A DNA stretch of 64,000 nt, from assembly GCA_964577155.1 (NCBI GenBank), contig CAZNYB010000005.1, forward strand, positions 1,429 to 65,428, given 5' to 3'. Under the pieces are notes generated by a model. It ran no database searches. It had not been told where the DNA came from and worked only from the letters and a program-made list of their open reading frames with translations. This stretch comes from an uncultured Thermomicrobiales bacterium (GTDB taxonomy: Bacteria > Chloroflexota > Chloroflexia > Thermomicrobiales > CFX8). This document shows positions 46,224-55,540 of the stretch, in pieces. Each line of letters begins with the position of its first letter. Position 1 is the first letter of the stretch. Made by a program: the position numbers and the translations under genes.

Positions 46224-49200
46224 ATGGAGCATGAGCAAAACGTACCCGACGGACTATTCGCGTCACTTGAGTGGCGCTGCATCGGTCCTCACCGGGGTGG
46301 TCGGGTCGTGGCAGTTGCCGGCCACCCGGCCGATCGGGCGACGTTCTACTTCGGAGCGGTTGGCGGCGGTGTCTGGAAGACTACAAACGGCGGATCCCAC
46401 TGGCGGAACATCAGCGACGGTTATTTCAACACGGCGGCAGTCGGCGCGCTGGCGGTCGCGCCTGGCAACCCAAATGTCATCTATGCCGGTACCGGCGAAG
46501 CCACGATCCGGAGCGATGTCTCACACGGGGATGGCGTCTACCGCACGGTCGACGGAGGACGCACCTGGGAACAGGTCGGGCTAAACGACACCAAACACAT
46601 CGGAGCTATTATCGTCCATCCGACAAATCCAGATATTGTCTTCGTGGCCGCCCTGGGTCATGCATTTGGTCCGAACGACGAACGTGGCGTCTTCCGATCT
46701 CAGGATGGCGGCAACTCGTGGCAACGAGTCCTCTACAAGAGCGACAAAGCAGGCGCAATAGATCTCGCCTTCGACGGCACTAATCCAAGAATTATCTACG
46801 CGTCGATTCTGCAAGCCAGGCGATACCCCTGGAAAATCGACAGCGGCGGCGGAGATAGCGGCCTCTGGCGCAGCGTCGATGGCGGGGACACCTGGGACGA
46901 CATCTCCCACAACCACGGACTCCCACAGGGGATGCTTGGAAAAATCAGCGTAACGACGACGAAAGCCAGACCAGGCCGGGTATGGGCGCTCGTGGAAGCT
47001 GAGGATGGCGCCCTGTTTCGATCGGACGACTATGGCGAATCGTGGATACGGCTCTGTGAAGATGCGGCGCTTCGCACCCGAGCCTGGTACTACATTCATG
47101 TCGTCGCCGATCCGGGAGACGAAAACACCCTCTGGGTGCTGAACCGACAGTACTGGAAGTCAATCGACGGTGGGATTAGCTTCTTCCAAGTTCCGTCACC
47201 GCACGCTGATAATCACGCGCTCTGGATCGATCCGAATGACTCACAGCGGATGATTCAGGGTAACGACGGTGGGGCTTGTGTCTCATTCGATGGTGGCGAG
47301 ACCTGGTCCACCGTCTTGAATCAGCCAACAGCCCAGTTCTACCGTGTCACGACCGATCAGCGCGATCCCTACTTTGTCTACGGCTCTCAGCAGGACAACT
47401 GGGCAATGCGGCTGCCGTCATGTAGCCCGGCTGGCGCGATAACCTGGGCTGATTATGTTGAACCGGGAGGTGGCGAGAGCGGCTACATAGCGGTGAAGCC
47501 AACTCCGCCGTATACGGTGTACGGAGGAGGAACGGGAACCGGTCCGGGCGACGGACGGATGCTGGCCTGGAACCCTGCTACCCGGCAGGCGCGGAACGTC
47601 AGCATCAATCAGCATCTCTACAGCCGCTGGGCAACATCCTGGCTCAAACACCGCTTCCAGTGGACATTTCCCATCGAGATCTCACCGCACAACCCCGAGA
47701 TGGTCTATGCCTGTTCTCAGTATGTTCATCGATCGGACAACGAAGGGGCCAACTGGACTGAGATTAGCCCGGACCTTACCCGGAATGATGCATCGAAGAT
47801 GTTGCCGGGCGGCGGGCCGATCACTCCAGAATGGGGCGCGTCGGATGTCTACTGCACGATTTCCAGCTTCCGGGAGTCGCCACATCAAGAAGGAGTGTTC
47901 TGGGCTGGTTCTGACGATGGGTTAGTCCATCTGTCAAGAGACGGAGGAAACTCATGGTTGGATATCACACCTGTTGAGCTGCCGGAATGGTGCACCGTCA
48001 ACATGCTCGAACCTTCACCTCACGTTGAAGGCGGAGCCTACCTTGCGGCATTCCGGTATATGCTCGATGACACCAGTCCGTATCTCTTCAAGACCACTGA
48101 TTTCGGTCGGACCTGGACACGAATTGATGACGGTTTGCCAGACGGTGAGTTTACCCGGGTGATCCGTGAAGATACACACCGGCGTGGTCTGTTGTACGTT
48201 GGCACCGAAACCGGGATCTATGTCTCGTTCGATGATGGGGGAACCTGGCACAGGCTGCCATCCGGAACAACAAGCGGAAAGATTCGCCAGCTACCGGTCG
48301 CGCCAATGTACGATCTCCAGGTTAAAGGCAACAACCTTGTCGTTGCCACACACGGCCGGTCATTCTGGATTCTTGATGATCTATCGCCGTTGCGGCAGTT
48401 CTCCGTTGACTTGCTGGACAACGCTATTCATCTCTTCAAGCCCCACCCGACGACGTTATTCCGGCAGGCTGGCCGGATGTTTGAAAAACCGCTGCCTGGC
48501 CTGAACTACCAGATGACCGGTTCGGTGACAGTGGCGCTTGATCCGGTTGAAACTCCGATGGGCACCTACAGATTTGACTTTCTGGATGCCGGCTCCAACC
48601 CTCCAGAAGGGGTCATCATCCACTACTGGCTGCGAGAGAAACAGAGTGGGGATTTGACACTGACAATCTCCGATGCGTCGGGGGACATTGTCCGCATTTT
48701 CACCAACGACCAGAACAATGCGCCCTGGTTGCCAGCTCATCAGGGCATGAATCGGGTCGTCTGGGACTTTCGATATGCAGGAGCAACCCCGGCTGATAAC
48801 CAGCCGGAACTACCAGACGTTGTTCCACCGCGGGCGATCCCGGGAACATATACGGTACGACTGGAGTCAGGAACCGCAACTCAAACCTGCCAGTTTGATT
48901 TGCTGCCGGATCCTCGCCTGCCAGTCTCACTGACAGATCTCAAAGCGTTGCGAGATCTGCAGCTCGACATCCGCGACAGTCTTTCTAAACTCCATGACAT
49001 GGTCAATGACATTCACGCCCTGCAAGCCCGGTTAGATTTCTGGCTTAAGCGTGGAGAGGTTGATGGCTCGGTTCGGGAGACCTGCGCTGAGTTGCTTGAG
49101 TCCCTGCAGGACATAGAAAAAGCGTTGATTCAGTTGGACCCGTCAGGAAAGGATCGCGGCCGGCACACATTGAATGAACGGCTCAGTGGGCTCAGTTTCA

Positions 49201-49370
49201 TGATCGATGAAGCCGACTATGCTCCGACCACTCAGGCGGTAGAGGCGTTTCAGCTCATCGGCGAAGATCTTGAAGAACAATGCAAGCAGTTGAGATTGCG
49301 CATAGATGCAACAATCCCAGCGTTAAACGAGCAACTGCAGAAGTCGGGTATGGATTTCGTGGTTGGGTAA
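46224..49370 (+). CDS. Large BNR/Asp-box repeat protein (sortilin/VPS10- or GH74-like beta-propeller)
   Basis: About eleven SxDxGxxW-type Asp boxes (TVDGGRTW, SQDGGNSW, SVDGGDTW, SFDGGETW, SRDGGNSW, SFDDGGTW and others). The ORF opens at TTG 46128 but MEHEQ...LEWRCIGPHRGGR (ATG 46224) is the likelier start. Confidence 0.75.
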   Translation: MEHEQNVPDGLFASLEWRCIGPHRGGRVVAVAGHPADRATFYFGAVGGGVWKTTNGGSHWRNISDGYFNTAAVGALAVAPGNPNVIYAGTGEATIRSDVSHGDGVYRTVDGGRTWEQVGLNDTKHIGAIIVHPTNPDIVFVAALGHAFGPNDERGVFRSQDGGNSWQRVLYKSDKAGAIDLAFDGTNPRIIYASILQARRYPWKIDSGGGDSGLWRSVDGGDTWDDISHNHGLPQGMLGKISVTTTKARPGRVWALVEAEDGALFRSDDYGESWIRLCEDAALRTRAWYYIHVVADPGDENTLWVLNRQYWKSIDGGISFFQVPSPHADNHALWIDPNDSQRMIQGNDGGACVSFDGGETWSTVLNQPTAQFYRVTTDQRDPYFVYGSQQDNWAMRLPSCSPAGAITWADYVEPGGGESGYIAVKPTPPYTVYGGGTGTGPGDGRMLAWNPATRQARNVSINQHLYSRWATSWLKHRFQWTFPIEISPHNPEMVYACSQYVHRSDNEGANWTEISPDLTRNDASKMLPGGGPITPEWGASDVYCTISSFRESPHQEGVFWAGSDDGLVHLSRDGGNSWLDITPVELPEWCTVNMLEPSPHVEGGAYLAAFRYMLDDTSPYLFKTTDFGRTWTRIDDGLPDGEFTRVIREDTHRRGLLYVGTETGIYVSFDDGGTWHRLPSGTTSGKIRQLPVAPMYDLQVKGNNLVVATHGRSFWILDDLSPLRQFSVDLLDNAIHLFKPHPTTLFRQAGRMFEKPLPGLNYQMTGSVTVALDPVETPMGTYRFDFLDAGSNPPEGVIIHYWLREKQSGDLTLTISDASGDIVRIFTNDQNNAPWLPAHQGMNRVVWDFRYAGATPADNQPELPDVVPPRAIPGTYTVRLESGTATQTCQFDLLPDPRLPVSLTDLKALRDLQLDIRDSLSKLHDMVNDIHALQARLDFWLKRGEVDGSVRETCAELLESLQDIEKALIQLDPSGKDRGRHTLNERLSGLSFMIDEADYAPTTQAVEAFQLIGEDLEEQCKQLRLRIDATIPALNEQLQKSGMDFVVG

Positions 49371-49379
49371 GGGAACTGG

Positions 49380-50216
49380 CTAGAATTCACCAAACAGGAC
49401 GTCGGGACCGGTCGGGACGGACACGTCCTCGGAAGACTCTCGAGTGATAAAGATATTGCTGTATCGTTCCAGGGCGTCGGGAGCGTCGAGCACCAGCACG
49501 CCTCGGCCGAATTCATCGACGTCGACCGTCCCGATCTTGACCCACTCGTTCACAAAGACATCCATGGTCACCCAGACGGCATAATATTCGTCCTCAGCCG
49601 GCACCGGCACGTCCCGCAGCAGGATAGCAACGGTATTCTCCTGGTGATCGATGAGGACCGTGCCTCGAGCCAACGGTGCGTTTGGCGATTCCGTCAGCGT
49701 CACTGTTCGTTGCGAATCTCCGTCGAGTGGCGTAAGCACATCGACAAGCCCGCCTTGCGTTTCCTGGTAGATTGCGATGTCACCCTGCTGCTCATTGATC
49801 TGATTTTGCATGATGACCGTGTACATTGCGAAAACGACCAGCACGATGGTTACCGGTATGGCTGCCGCCCAGGCAACCTTCGGCAGGCGTTTGGCCCAGA
49901 TCTTTTGTCGTTTGGCGCGAGGATCCAGAGGTTTCTGTGGCGGGGCGACCCATGGATTCAGCGGATTTGCCGACTCGATAGCGTCGATCTCTTGAATGAT
50001 CCTTGCGCGCACACGCACCGGAACCTGTTTTGGTTCGGCAAAATATGGCAACGCATCAGTGACGGTCTGATATTCGGCCAGCTCTCGTTGCCACTCCGGA
50101 CGGCGTGGCAGATTACGCCGAATAAACTCCATCTCATCCGGCTCTAGCGCGCCAAGCGCGTAGCCAGAAAGGAGCTCGGAGATCTCCTGAGTAGGTTTAT
50201 CCGGAAGGTGATTCAC
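49380..50216 (-). CDS. Anti-sigma factor (single-pass membrane, RskA-like extracytoplasmic domain)
   Basis: N-terminal LLSGYALGALEPDEMEFI anti-sigma helix, central TM (VAWAAAIPVTIVLVVFAMY), C-terminal YYAVWV-type RskA pattern. Lies directly downstream of the ECF sigma gene. Confidence 0.7.
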   Translation of the reverse strand: MNHLPDKPTQEISELLSGYALGALEPDEMEFIRRNLPRRPEWQRELAEYQTVTDALPYFAEPKQVPVRVRARIIQEIDAIESANPLNPWVAPPQKPLDPRAKRQKIWAKRLPKVAWAAAIPVTIVLVVFAMYTVIMQNQINEQQGDIAIYQETQGGLVDVLTPLDGDSQRTVTLTESPNAPLARGTVLIDHQENTVAILLRDVPVPAEDEYYAVWVTMDVFVNEWVKIGTVDVDEFGRGVLVLDAPDALERYSNIFITRESSEDVSVPTGPDVLFGEF

Positions 50217-50232
50217 CTACCATTAAGCCTTT

Positions 50233-50886
50233 CTACGGGTCTGCCAACAATTCATCGGACTCGAGATCAACCTTCAGTTTCTTGAGGCCAAGCCGCATAC
50301 GCGTTTTTATGGTCCCGAGCGGTACATCCAACTGCGCGGAAATCTCCCGTTGTGAGTAACCGCGAAAGAATGCGTACTCAATTGCGACTCGCTGGGCTTC
50401 CGGCAGGTTCTCCATTGCCTCAGTGATCCGCTCTCGGAGCACGCTCGCCTGGGCTGCCTCCTCAACATTCGTCGCCTCATCGATCAGGCCGTACAGTGCA
50501 TCACTAATGTCTACTGAATCCGAGCGTTGCGGTCTTCGTTTCCGCTTGCGAATCTCGTCAATCGCCAGATTGTGCGTGATGCTCAACAACCAGCTGGCGA
50601 AATTCCCTCGGGACTTTTTAAACCGGTCGGCCTGTTTCCAGGTCCGGACGAATACCTCTGCCTGGATCTCTTCAGCCAGCGGACCGTCCTGAACAATCCG
50701 AACGGCAAACGAATAAACCACCCGGGCATATCTGCTGTAGAGCGCTTCTAAGGCGGCGGTGTCACCCTGGCTGACCCGTTTCATCAGTTCAGCGTCGGTA
50801 ATCTCGTCGTTATCAAGCACATCTACCGGCGGTTCAGCCCGACGAAGGATCGGAAGCCGCCTGACTTTAGCCCGTGTACTGCTCAT
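50233..50886 (-). CDS. ECF-type RNA polymerase sigma-70 family factor
   Basis: Region 2 (ALYSRYARVVYSFAVRIV ... FASWLLSITHNLAIDEIRKR) and region 4 HTH (YAFFRGYSQREISAQLDVPLGTIKTR). Confidence 0.9.
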   Translation of the reverse strand: MSSTRAKVRRLPILRRAEPPVDVLDNDEITDAELMKRVSQGDTAALEALYSRYARVVYSFAVRIVQDGPLAEEIQAEVFVRTWKQADRFKKSRGNFASWLLSITHNLAIDEIRKRKRRPQRSDSVDISDALYGLIDEATNVEEAAQASVLRERITEAMENLPEAQRVAIEYAFFRGYSQREISAQLDVPLGTIKTRMRLGLKKLKVDLESDELLADP

Positions 50887-51149
50887 ATCGTCTCTTCTAC
50901 AGAAACATGAGCCTTACACATCAATATACGCCCGGGAGGCGTTGGTGGGATGTACGCATTCAATTTAATCAGTTGCATTAGATTCCTGGAACTGCCAGTC
51001 GTAGCACTTAAACTCGATACTTCAGGCGGTCTAAGTGTGATTGTAGTGTTGACCTCGCTAGAATGTAAAGCGTCGACCAACCGTGGTTGTTACGCCAGAC
51101 AAAGCATAGAACCCAAACCTGAAAGTTATGTGAATGACTTTTCGCAGGG

Positions 51150-51500
51150 CTAATATTCCGGTTCCTGGGCTTCCTTAGCGTCCAGTTCTCGACGCTGACG
51201 GTGTTTGCGGCGAGTCAACACCGCTATCACTGCGATGCTGACCACCGCCAGCACCGCGGTAAAGCCAAAACCGATCAGATTCGCCGTGCGATCGTCAATG
51301 AAGAAGCGCAATGTCGGTGGAAGAAAAATACCGAGAAATACGGCGATGACTATCCCGCAGCCGGCAAATGCCTGCCGGTTGGAGTATTCCCACTCCTCCG
51401 GTGGCACATCTTTCAAATGCCGGACCGGTGGTTCAGGGTGATGATCGTTCTCTACCGGATCTACGCGCTCCTCGGTCATTGAACCCTCCCGACCGAACAT
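51150..51500 (-). CDS. Hypothetical two-helix membrane protein
   Basis: Two hydrophobic helices (FAGCGIVIAVFLGIFL, LIGFGFTAVLAVVSIAVIAVL) and a charged tail. No known motif. Confidence 0.45.
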   Translation of the reverse strand: MFGREGSMTEERVDPVENDHHPEPPVRHLKDVPPEEWEYSNRQAFAGCGIVIAVFLGIFLPPTLRFFIDDRTANLIGFGFTAVLAVVSIAVIAVLTRRKHRQRRELDAKEAQEPEY

Positions 51501-51627
51501 TGTACCCGGGAGAGATAGCGGACCCTAAGCAGAAGCCAAATCAGTAACGCATCAACACAGGACGCCACCAGCAATTGCAACACTGAGCCAGCATTGTTCA
51601 ACCGTTGCAGATCACCCTTCGTTGCGC

Positions 51628-52104
51628 TCAGGCGTCGGGATCTTCGTCGGGATCGTAGGGGATGATGTTCTCCCATTGAGCGCTATCGGTTCGCGCGACG
51701 ACAGCGACAACCGGCTCAGTGTCCGACAAGTTGTAGACCTCGTGAGGAACGCCTGGCTCAATAAAGATGATGTCGCCAGCCTGGTTATACACTTCCTTTT
51801 TGAGTCCAGGTCCATAAGTATGTTTTAAGGTTCCCTGAAGGATGTAAAGACCGACTTCAAAATCGACATGGATGTGCCGGAATGCGACGCCGCCCGGGGG
51901 GACACTTGCAACATTGAACGCTAACTCTTTTGAGCCTACCGTCCACTGGTTGATTCCAAGGGTGTATGAGATGCCATTCCAGTCTCCGCCATCCGCGTTG
52001 CCGCGAATAACTGAAATTCCATCAAGTCGTTCGATCTGGGGATTGTTAGACAATGCTTCCTGATCTACGCCACCGAGTTCCGACGACCGTTCTGTCGTTG
52101 GCAT
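51628..52104 (-). CDS. Cupin domain protein
   Basis: FRHIHVDFEVGLYILQGT...GDIIFIEPGVPHEV two-motif cupin signature. Confidence 0.75.
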   Translation of the reverse strand: MPTTERSSELGGVDQEALSNNPQIERLDGISVIRGNADGGDWNGISYTLGINQWTVGSKELAFNVASVPPGGVAFRHIHVDFEVGLYILQGTLKHTYGPGLKKEVYNQAGDIIFIEPGVPHEVYNLSDTEPVVAVVARTDSAQWENIIPYDPDEDPDA

Positions 52105-52195
52105 ATCGATTCCTCCTTTTGAAGAAACGCGAAAAAGAATCGTGAATAATCAAGGCGATTGTATCCGATCATCGTCAACGTAGTTGGAGTTGCCA

Positions 52196-53131
52196 ATGAA
52201 AGAGGAGCGTTTCGCGGGAATTCTTGCGATACTCGTGACACCACTCACGCCTGATCAGCACATCGACGAAGAAAGCCACCGCGCTCAAGTGCGCTTCTGT
52301 ATCGAAGCCGGAGCGACCGGCGTTATTTCGACGGCCGTCTTCGGCGAGTTCTTCACCTTGACCGATAGCGAACGGGTCCGGTTAGCCCAACTAACAGTAG
52401 AAGCAGCCGCAGGTGAAGTACCGGTCATTGCCACTACATCTGGAGTAAGCAAAGCTCACGCGGTTGAACTAACCCGCAACGTCTGCGAAGCAGGTGTTGA
52501 TGGAGTCATGGCAATGCCACCGTACTTCGCTCAACTTTCAGCTGATGGAGTATTCGACTATTTCGATGCCATTGGCAACGCCTGTAGTGTTCCGGTCATT
52601 CTCCAGAATGCAGGTGATTTCATAGGAGCCCCTGTTGCGCCAGCACAGTTAAATCGGATGTTTAGTGAGATCGGCAACCTTCAGTATCTGAAAGAGGAGG
52701 TCCCTCCGAACCCGCATAGTATCTCGTCGGCAACCGCTGCGCTCGGTGACCGGGTAAAAGGAATCTTCGGCGGGCATGGGGGACGATATATGGTCACCGA
52801 ACACCGTCGCGGCGCAACAGGATGGATGCCAGCGCCGGAGTTCCTGGAAGTAACTGTCCGCATCTACGACCTGCTCCGCTCGGGAGATGAGGCAGAAGCT
52901 CGAAATATTCACGGCAAACTGGTTCAAGCGCTGGTGTGGGAGCAGCTCTACGGTATCCAGTGGGCCAAGCAGGTGTTGAAACGCCGCGGGGTGATCCAGC
53001 ATAGCGCCGTTCGGATGCCAGGACCGGCGCTGGACGCTGAGGATGATCATGAAATCGATTTGATCCTCGCTGACTTTGAAAGCCTGCTCACCACCCCGGG
53101 ACCATTCGAGCCGACAGGTTGCGATGAATAG
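52196..53131 (+). CDS. Dihydrodipicolinate synthase/N-acetylneuraminate lyase (DapA) family protein
   Basis: ILVTPLT, GVISTAVFGEFFTLT and LQYLKEEV (Schiff-base Lys region) pattern. ATG 52196 has GGAG 6 nt upstream (ORF track starts at TTG 52184). Confidence 0.75.
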   Translation: MKEERFAGILAILVTPLTPDQHIDEESHRAQVRFCIEAGATGVISTAVFGEFFTLTDSERVRLAQLTVEAAAGEVPVIATTSGVSKAHAVELTRNVCEAGVDGVMAMPPYFAQLSADGVFDYFDAIGNACSVPVILQNAGDFIGAPVAPAQLNRMFSEIGNLQYLKEEVPPNPHSISSATAALGDRVKGIFGGHGGRYMVTEHRRGATGWMPAPEFLEVTVRIYDLLRSGDEAEARNIHGKLVQALVWEQLYGIQWAKQVLKRRGVIQHSAVRMPGPALDAEDDHEIDLILADFESLLTTPGPFEPTGCDE

Positions 53132-53138
53132 CAAATTG

Positions 53139-53165
53139 AGAACCCGCCTGATAATGGCGGGTTCT
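53139..53165. terminator. Bidirectional terminator hairpin between the convergent dapA-like and nirK genes
   Basis: AGAACCCGCC (53139-53148) pairs with GGCGGGTTCT (53156-53165), 7-nt loop. Confidence 0.55.
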
Positions 53166-53190
53166 TGTGGATGGATGAAACAGCGGTAAG

Positions 53191-54786
53191 CTAGCTGGTG
53201 GGAGTATCGACGACCTCGAATATATCCGGGTCGACTTCACCTTCAACAACCAGGTGTCCAGCTGCGCCCTTGAGGAGTCGCCCGAGACTGTGGTCGACCA
53301 GAACAAACGTGCCAGGGTAGTCGCACTCAAACTCGACGATCGTTGCCCCGCCGGCGGGAACCATCGTTGTTTGGACATTTGTCGACCACTCCGACGCACT
53401 CTCCATGGCTACCCGGTCAAATATCTCGCCGATCACATGGAAACTGGAAGTGATATTGGGCCCGCCGACACCGAAGAATATGCGGACCGTGTCGCCGACT
53501 TCGGCCTGGAGTGCGCGATCGTCCATCAACGATCCAACACTGCCGTTGAAGATAACGTAGTCGGGCCGCTCATCAAGCATCTTCTCCATCGAGAACGGCC
53601 GCAAGCCTTTGTCACCAAACGTGCCTTCCAGATAGAGATCCCCTTGCATCACATAGAACTCTTTGTCTACTGGCGGAAGACCTCCTTCAGGTTCAATGAT
53701 CGCAAGTCCATACATGCCAGCGGAGATATGGTGTGGCACCGGGGCAGTCGCGCAGTGGTAGACGTACGCACCTGGCGCAGTCGCTTTGAACCTGAAGGTA
53801 GCGGATTCCCCGGGAGCTACAACCGAAGCATGACCACCACCACCCGGTCCTGTTGCAGCATGGAAATCGATGTTATGAGTTGCGACACTATCAGGCGGGT
53901 TCGTCAGCGTCACTTCAATGGTGTCACCGACTCTAGCTCTGACCATCGGGCCGGGAACTGTGCCACCAAACGTCCAGAACTCGAAGGCGACGCCTTCATC
54001 AACGGCGGCAATCGTCTCACGCACTTCAATATCAACCGTTACCAGCTCCGGCTCACGGTTGCCGACTGGCGGGGCAACAACCGGATTTGGCAAACGTTCA
54101 GCTTCGTACGGTTCACTGGCTGCGGCAGCCATACCCGAACCAGCTTCACTGGTCGAATGCTCCATTTCGCTGCTGGCGCTCTCGCCAGTCACAATGAACG
54201 GCCCTGCCATACCCGCTTCTTTGTGCCCCGGAACCAGGCAGACCATTTCATACTCTCCTGATTCATCCGGAGTGAATTCGATAACCATCTCCTGACCTGC
54301 CGCTCCACCGGCATACGGGATATTAGCGGCTTGCTTTTCAGCCAGAAGCTCAGTCAGGCGTTCAGAGAACGGTTCAGGTTGAGATATGACAGTGAAGTCG
54401 CTAGCTGTAAGACCGGTAACTTCCCAGTCATGTTCCATAGCTCCATCATTGACAAAGGTGAGCCGCACTTTCTGACCGGCTTCGACGGTGAGCGAGTCCG
54501 GATCAAATCCAAGATCAAATGCCGAAACAGTCAGATCTGCTGTCTCAGCGGGCATCGTCGTACCGGTCGCGCTTGCCAGATCAATGGTATTCGTAGGATT
54601 TTCATCATCATTCCCGCTCGATGAGCAGGCATTGAGCAACATTCCGCCAACTGGCAAGGCTAGCCCGATAGCTCCCGCCCTGCGCAGTAGTGAACGCCGG
54701 TTCATTTTCGTCCTGTTGAGCTGTTCTAGTGTTTGCTGGCCCTGCATGATAGTTCTCCCATCGCATATCTGATTTTGCTGTTTCAT
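53191..54786 (-). CDS. nirK: Copper-containing nitrite reductase (NirK) with additional N-terminal cupredoxin domain; Tat signal and lipobox
   Basis: HNIDFHAATGPGGG (T2Cu/T1Cu His ligands) and YVYHCATAPVPHHISAGMYG (T1Cu Cys-His-Met) define NirK. An extra N-terminal domain has its own type-1 site (MEHDW ... YEMVCLVPGHKEAGM). RRSLLRRAG twin-arginine motif followed by LLNAC. Start ambiguous (54786, 54747 with GGGAGA Shine-Dalgarno, or 54705). Confidence 0.9.
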   Translation of the reverse strand: MKQQNQICDGRTIMQGQQTLEQLNRTKMNRRSLLRRAGAIGLALPVGGMLLNACSSSGNDDENPTNTIDLASATGTTMPAETADLTVSAFDLGFDPDSLTVEAGQKVRLTFVNDGAMEHDWEVTGLTASDFTVISQPEPFSERLTELLAEKQAANIPYAGGAAGQEMVIEFTPDESGEYEMVCLVPGHKEAGMAGPFIVTGESASSEMEHSTSEAGSGMAAAASEPYEAERLPNPVVAPPVGNREPELVTVDIEVRETIAAVDEGVAFEFWTFGGTVPGPMVRARVGDTIEVTLTNPPDSVATHNIDFHAATGPGGGGHASVVAPGESATFRFKATAPGAYVYHCATAPVPHHISAGMYGLAIIEPEGGLPPVDKEFYVMQGDLYLEGTFGDKGLRPFSMEKMLDERPDYVIFNGSVGSLMDDRALQAEVGDTVRIFFGVGGPNITSSFHVIGEIFDRVAMESASEWSTNVQTTMVPAGGATIVEFECDYPGTFVLVDHSLGRLLKGAAGHLVVEGEVDPDIFEVVDTPTS

Positions 54787-54877
54787 TCATCCAACACAGC
54801 AGGAGGATATGGCGTCGCGGGAAATTGCAACACGGTTAGAAGGATGGTTTTGCAGGGCGCGGGCGGGTAGGCGGTTC

Positions 54878-55540
54878 CTACCCGTTCGGATGGGCCTCGG
54901 GCGGCTCGACCAGGCCATGCCGAACAGCGTAGGCGATGACTTCCGCACGGTTGTGCAGGTGCAGCTTGTAGAGGATGTTTCGCAAGTGATACTTCACGGT
55001 GTTTTCGCTGATATTCAGCTGAGCGGCCAGCTCACGGTTTGTTGTCACACCTTGAACCAGCTGGTCAAGTACATCCGTTTCACGTTCTGTCAGCGGTTCG
55101 AAATCTTGATCCGCGGAGTGTTGAGCCGGCTGCGCAAATTCACGGAGCAATTTCCTTGCCAGTCCAGGCGTTAGTGCCGGTTCGCCATGAGTGACGCCTT
55201 CGAGTAGTTCGAAAAACCTGTCAGATTCAAGATTCTTCGAAATAAATCCTTCAGCGCCAGATTTAATCGCCTCGAAGAGATCAGCATCATCTTCCGAGGC
55301 GGTGACGACAACAACTTTCACCTCCGGCAGTTCGGCGCTCAGCAGTCGCGTTGCATCAAGGCCATTGAGTCCAGGCATCCTCAGGTCCATAAGCACAATA
55401 TCCGGTTTGTAGATACGAGCATAGGCAATGGCGTCACTGCCATTTGACGCCTCGGCAACGACCTCAATGCCCCGTGCCTGCAACAGACTCACCATGCCAT
55501 CACGAAACAGGGCATGATCGTCGGCAATAATCACTCTCAT
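54878..55540 (-). CDS. NarL/LuxR-family response regulator
   Basis: MRVIIADDH receiver start, DLRMPGLNG Asp block, C-terminal LuxR HTH (TNRELAAQLNISENTVKYHL). Confidence 0.9.
   Translation of the reverse strand: MRVIIADDHALFRDGMVSLLQARGIEVVAEASNGSDAIAYARIYKPDIVLMDLRMPGLNGLDATRLLSAELPEVKVVVVTASEDDADLFEAIKSGAEGFISKNLESDRFFELLEGVTHGEPALTPGLARKLLREFAQPAQHSADQDFEPLTERETDVLDQLVQGVTTNRELAAQLNISENTVKYHLRNILYKLHLHNRAEVIAYAVRHGLVEPPEAHPNG

Noticed and set aside
53254-54261. 335-aa plus-strand ORF
   Set aside because: Lies entirely antisense to the strongly supported nirK gene and has Arg/Ser/His-rich low-information composition with no motifs. Typical shadow ORF in GC-rich coding DNA.
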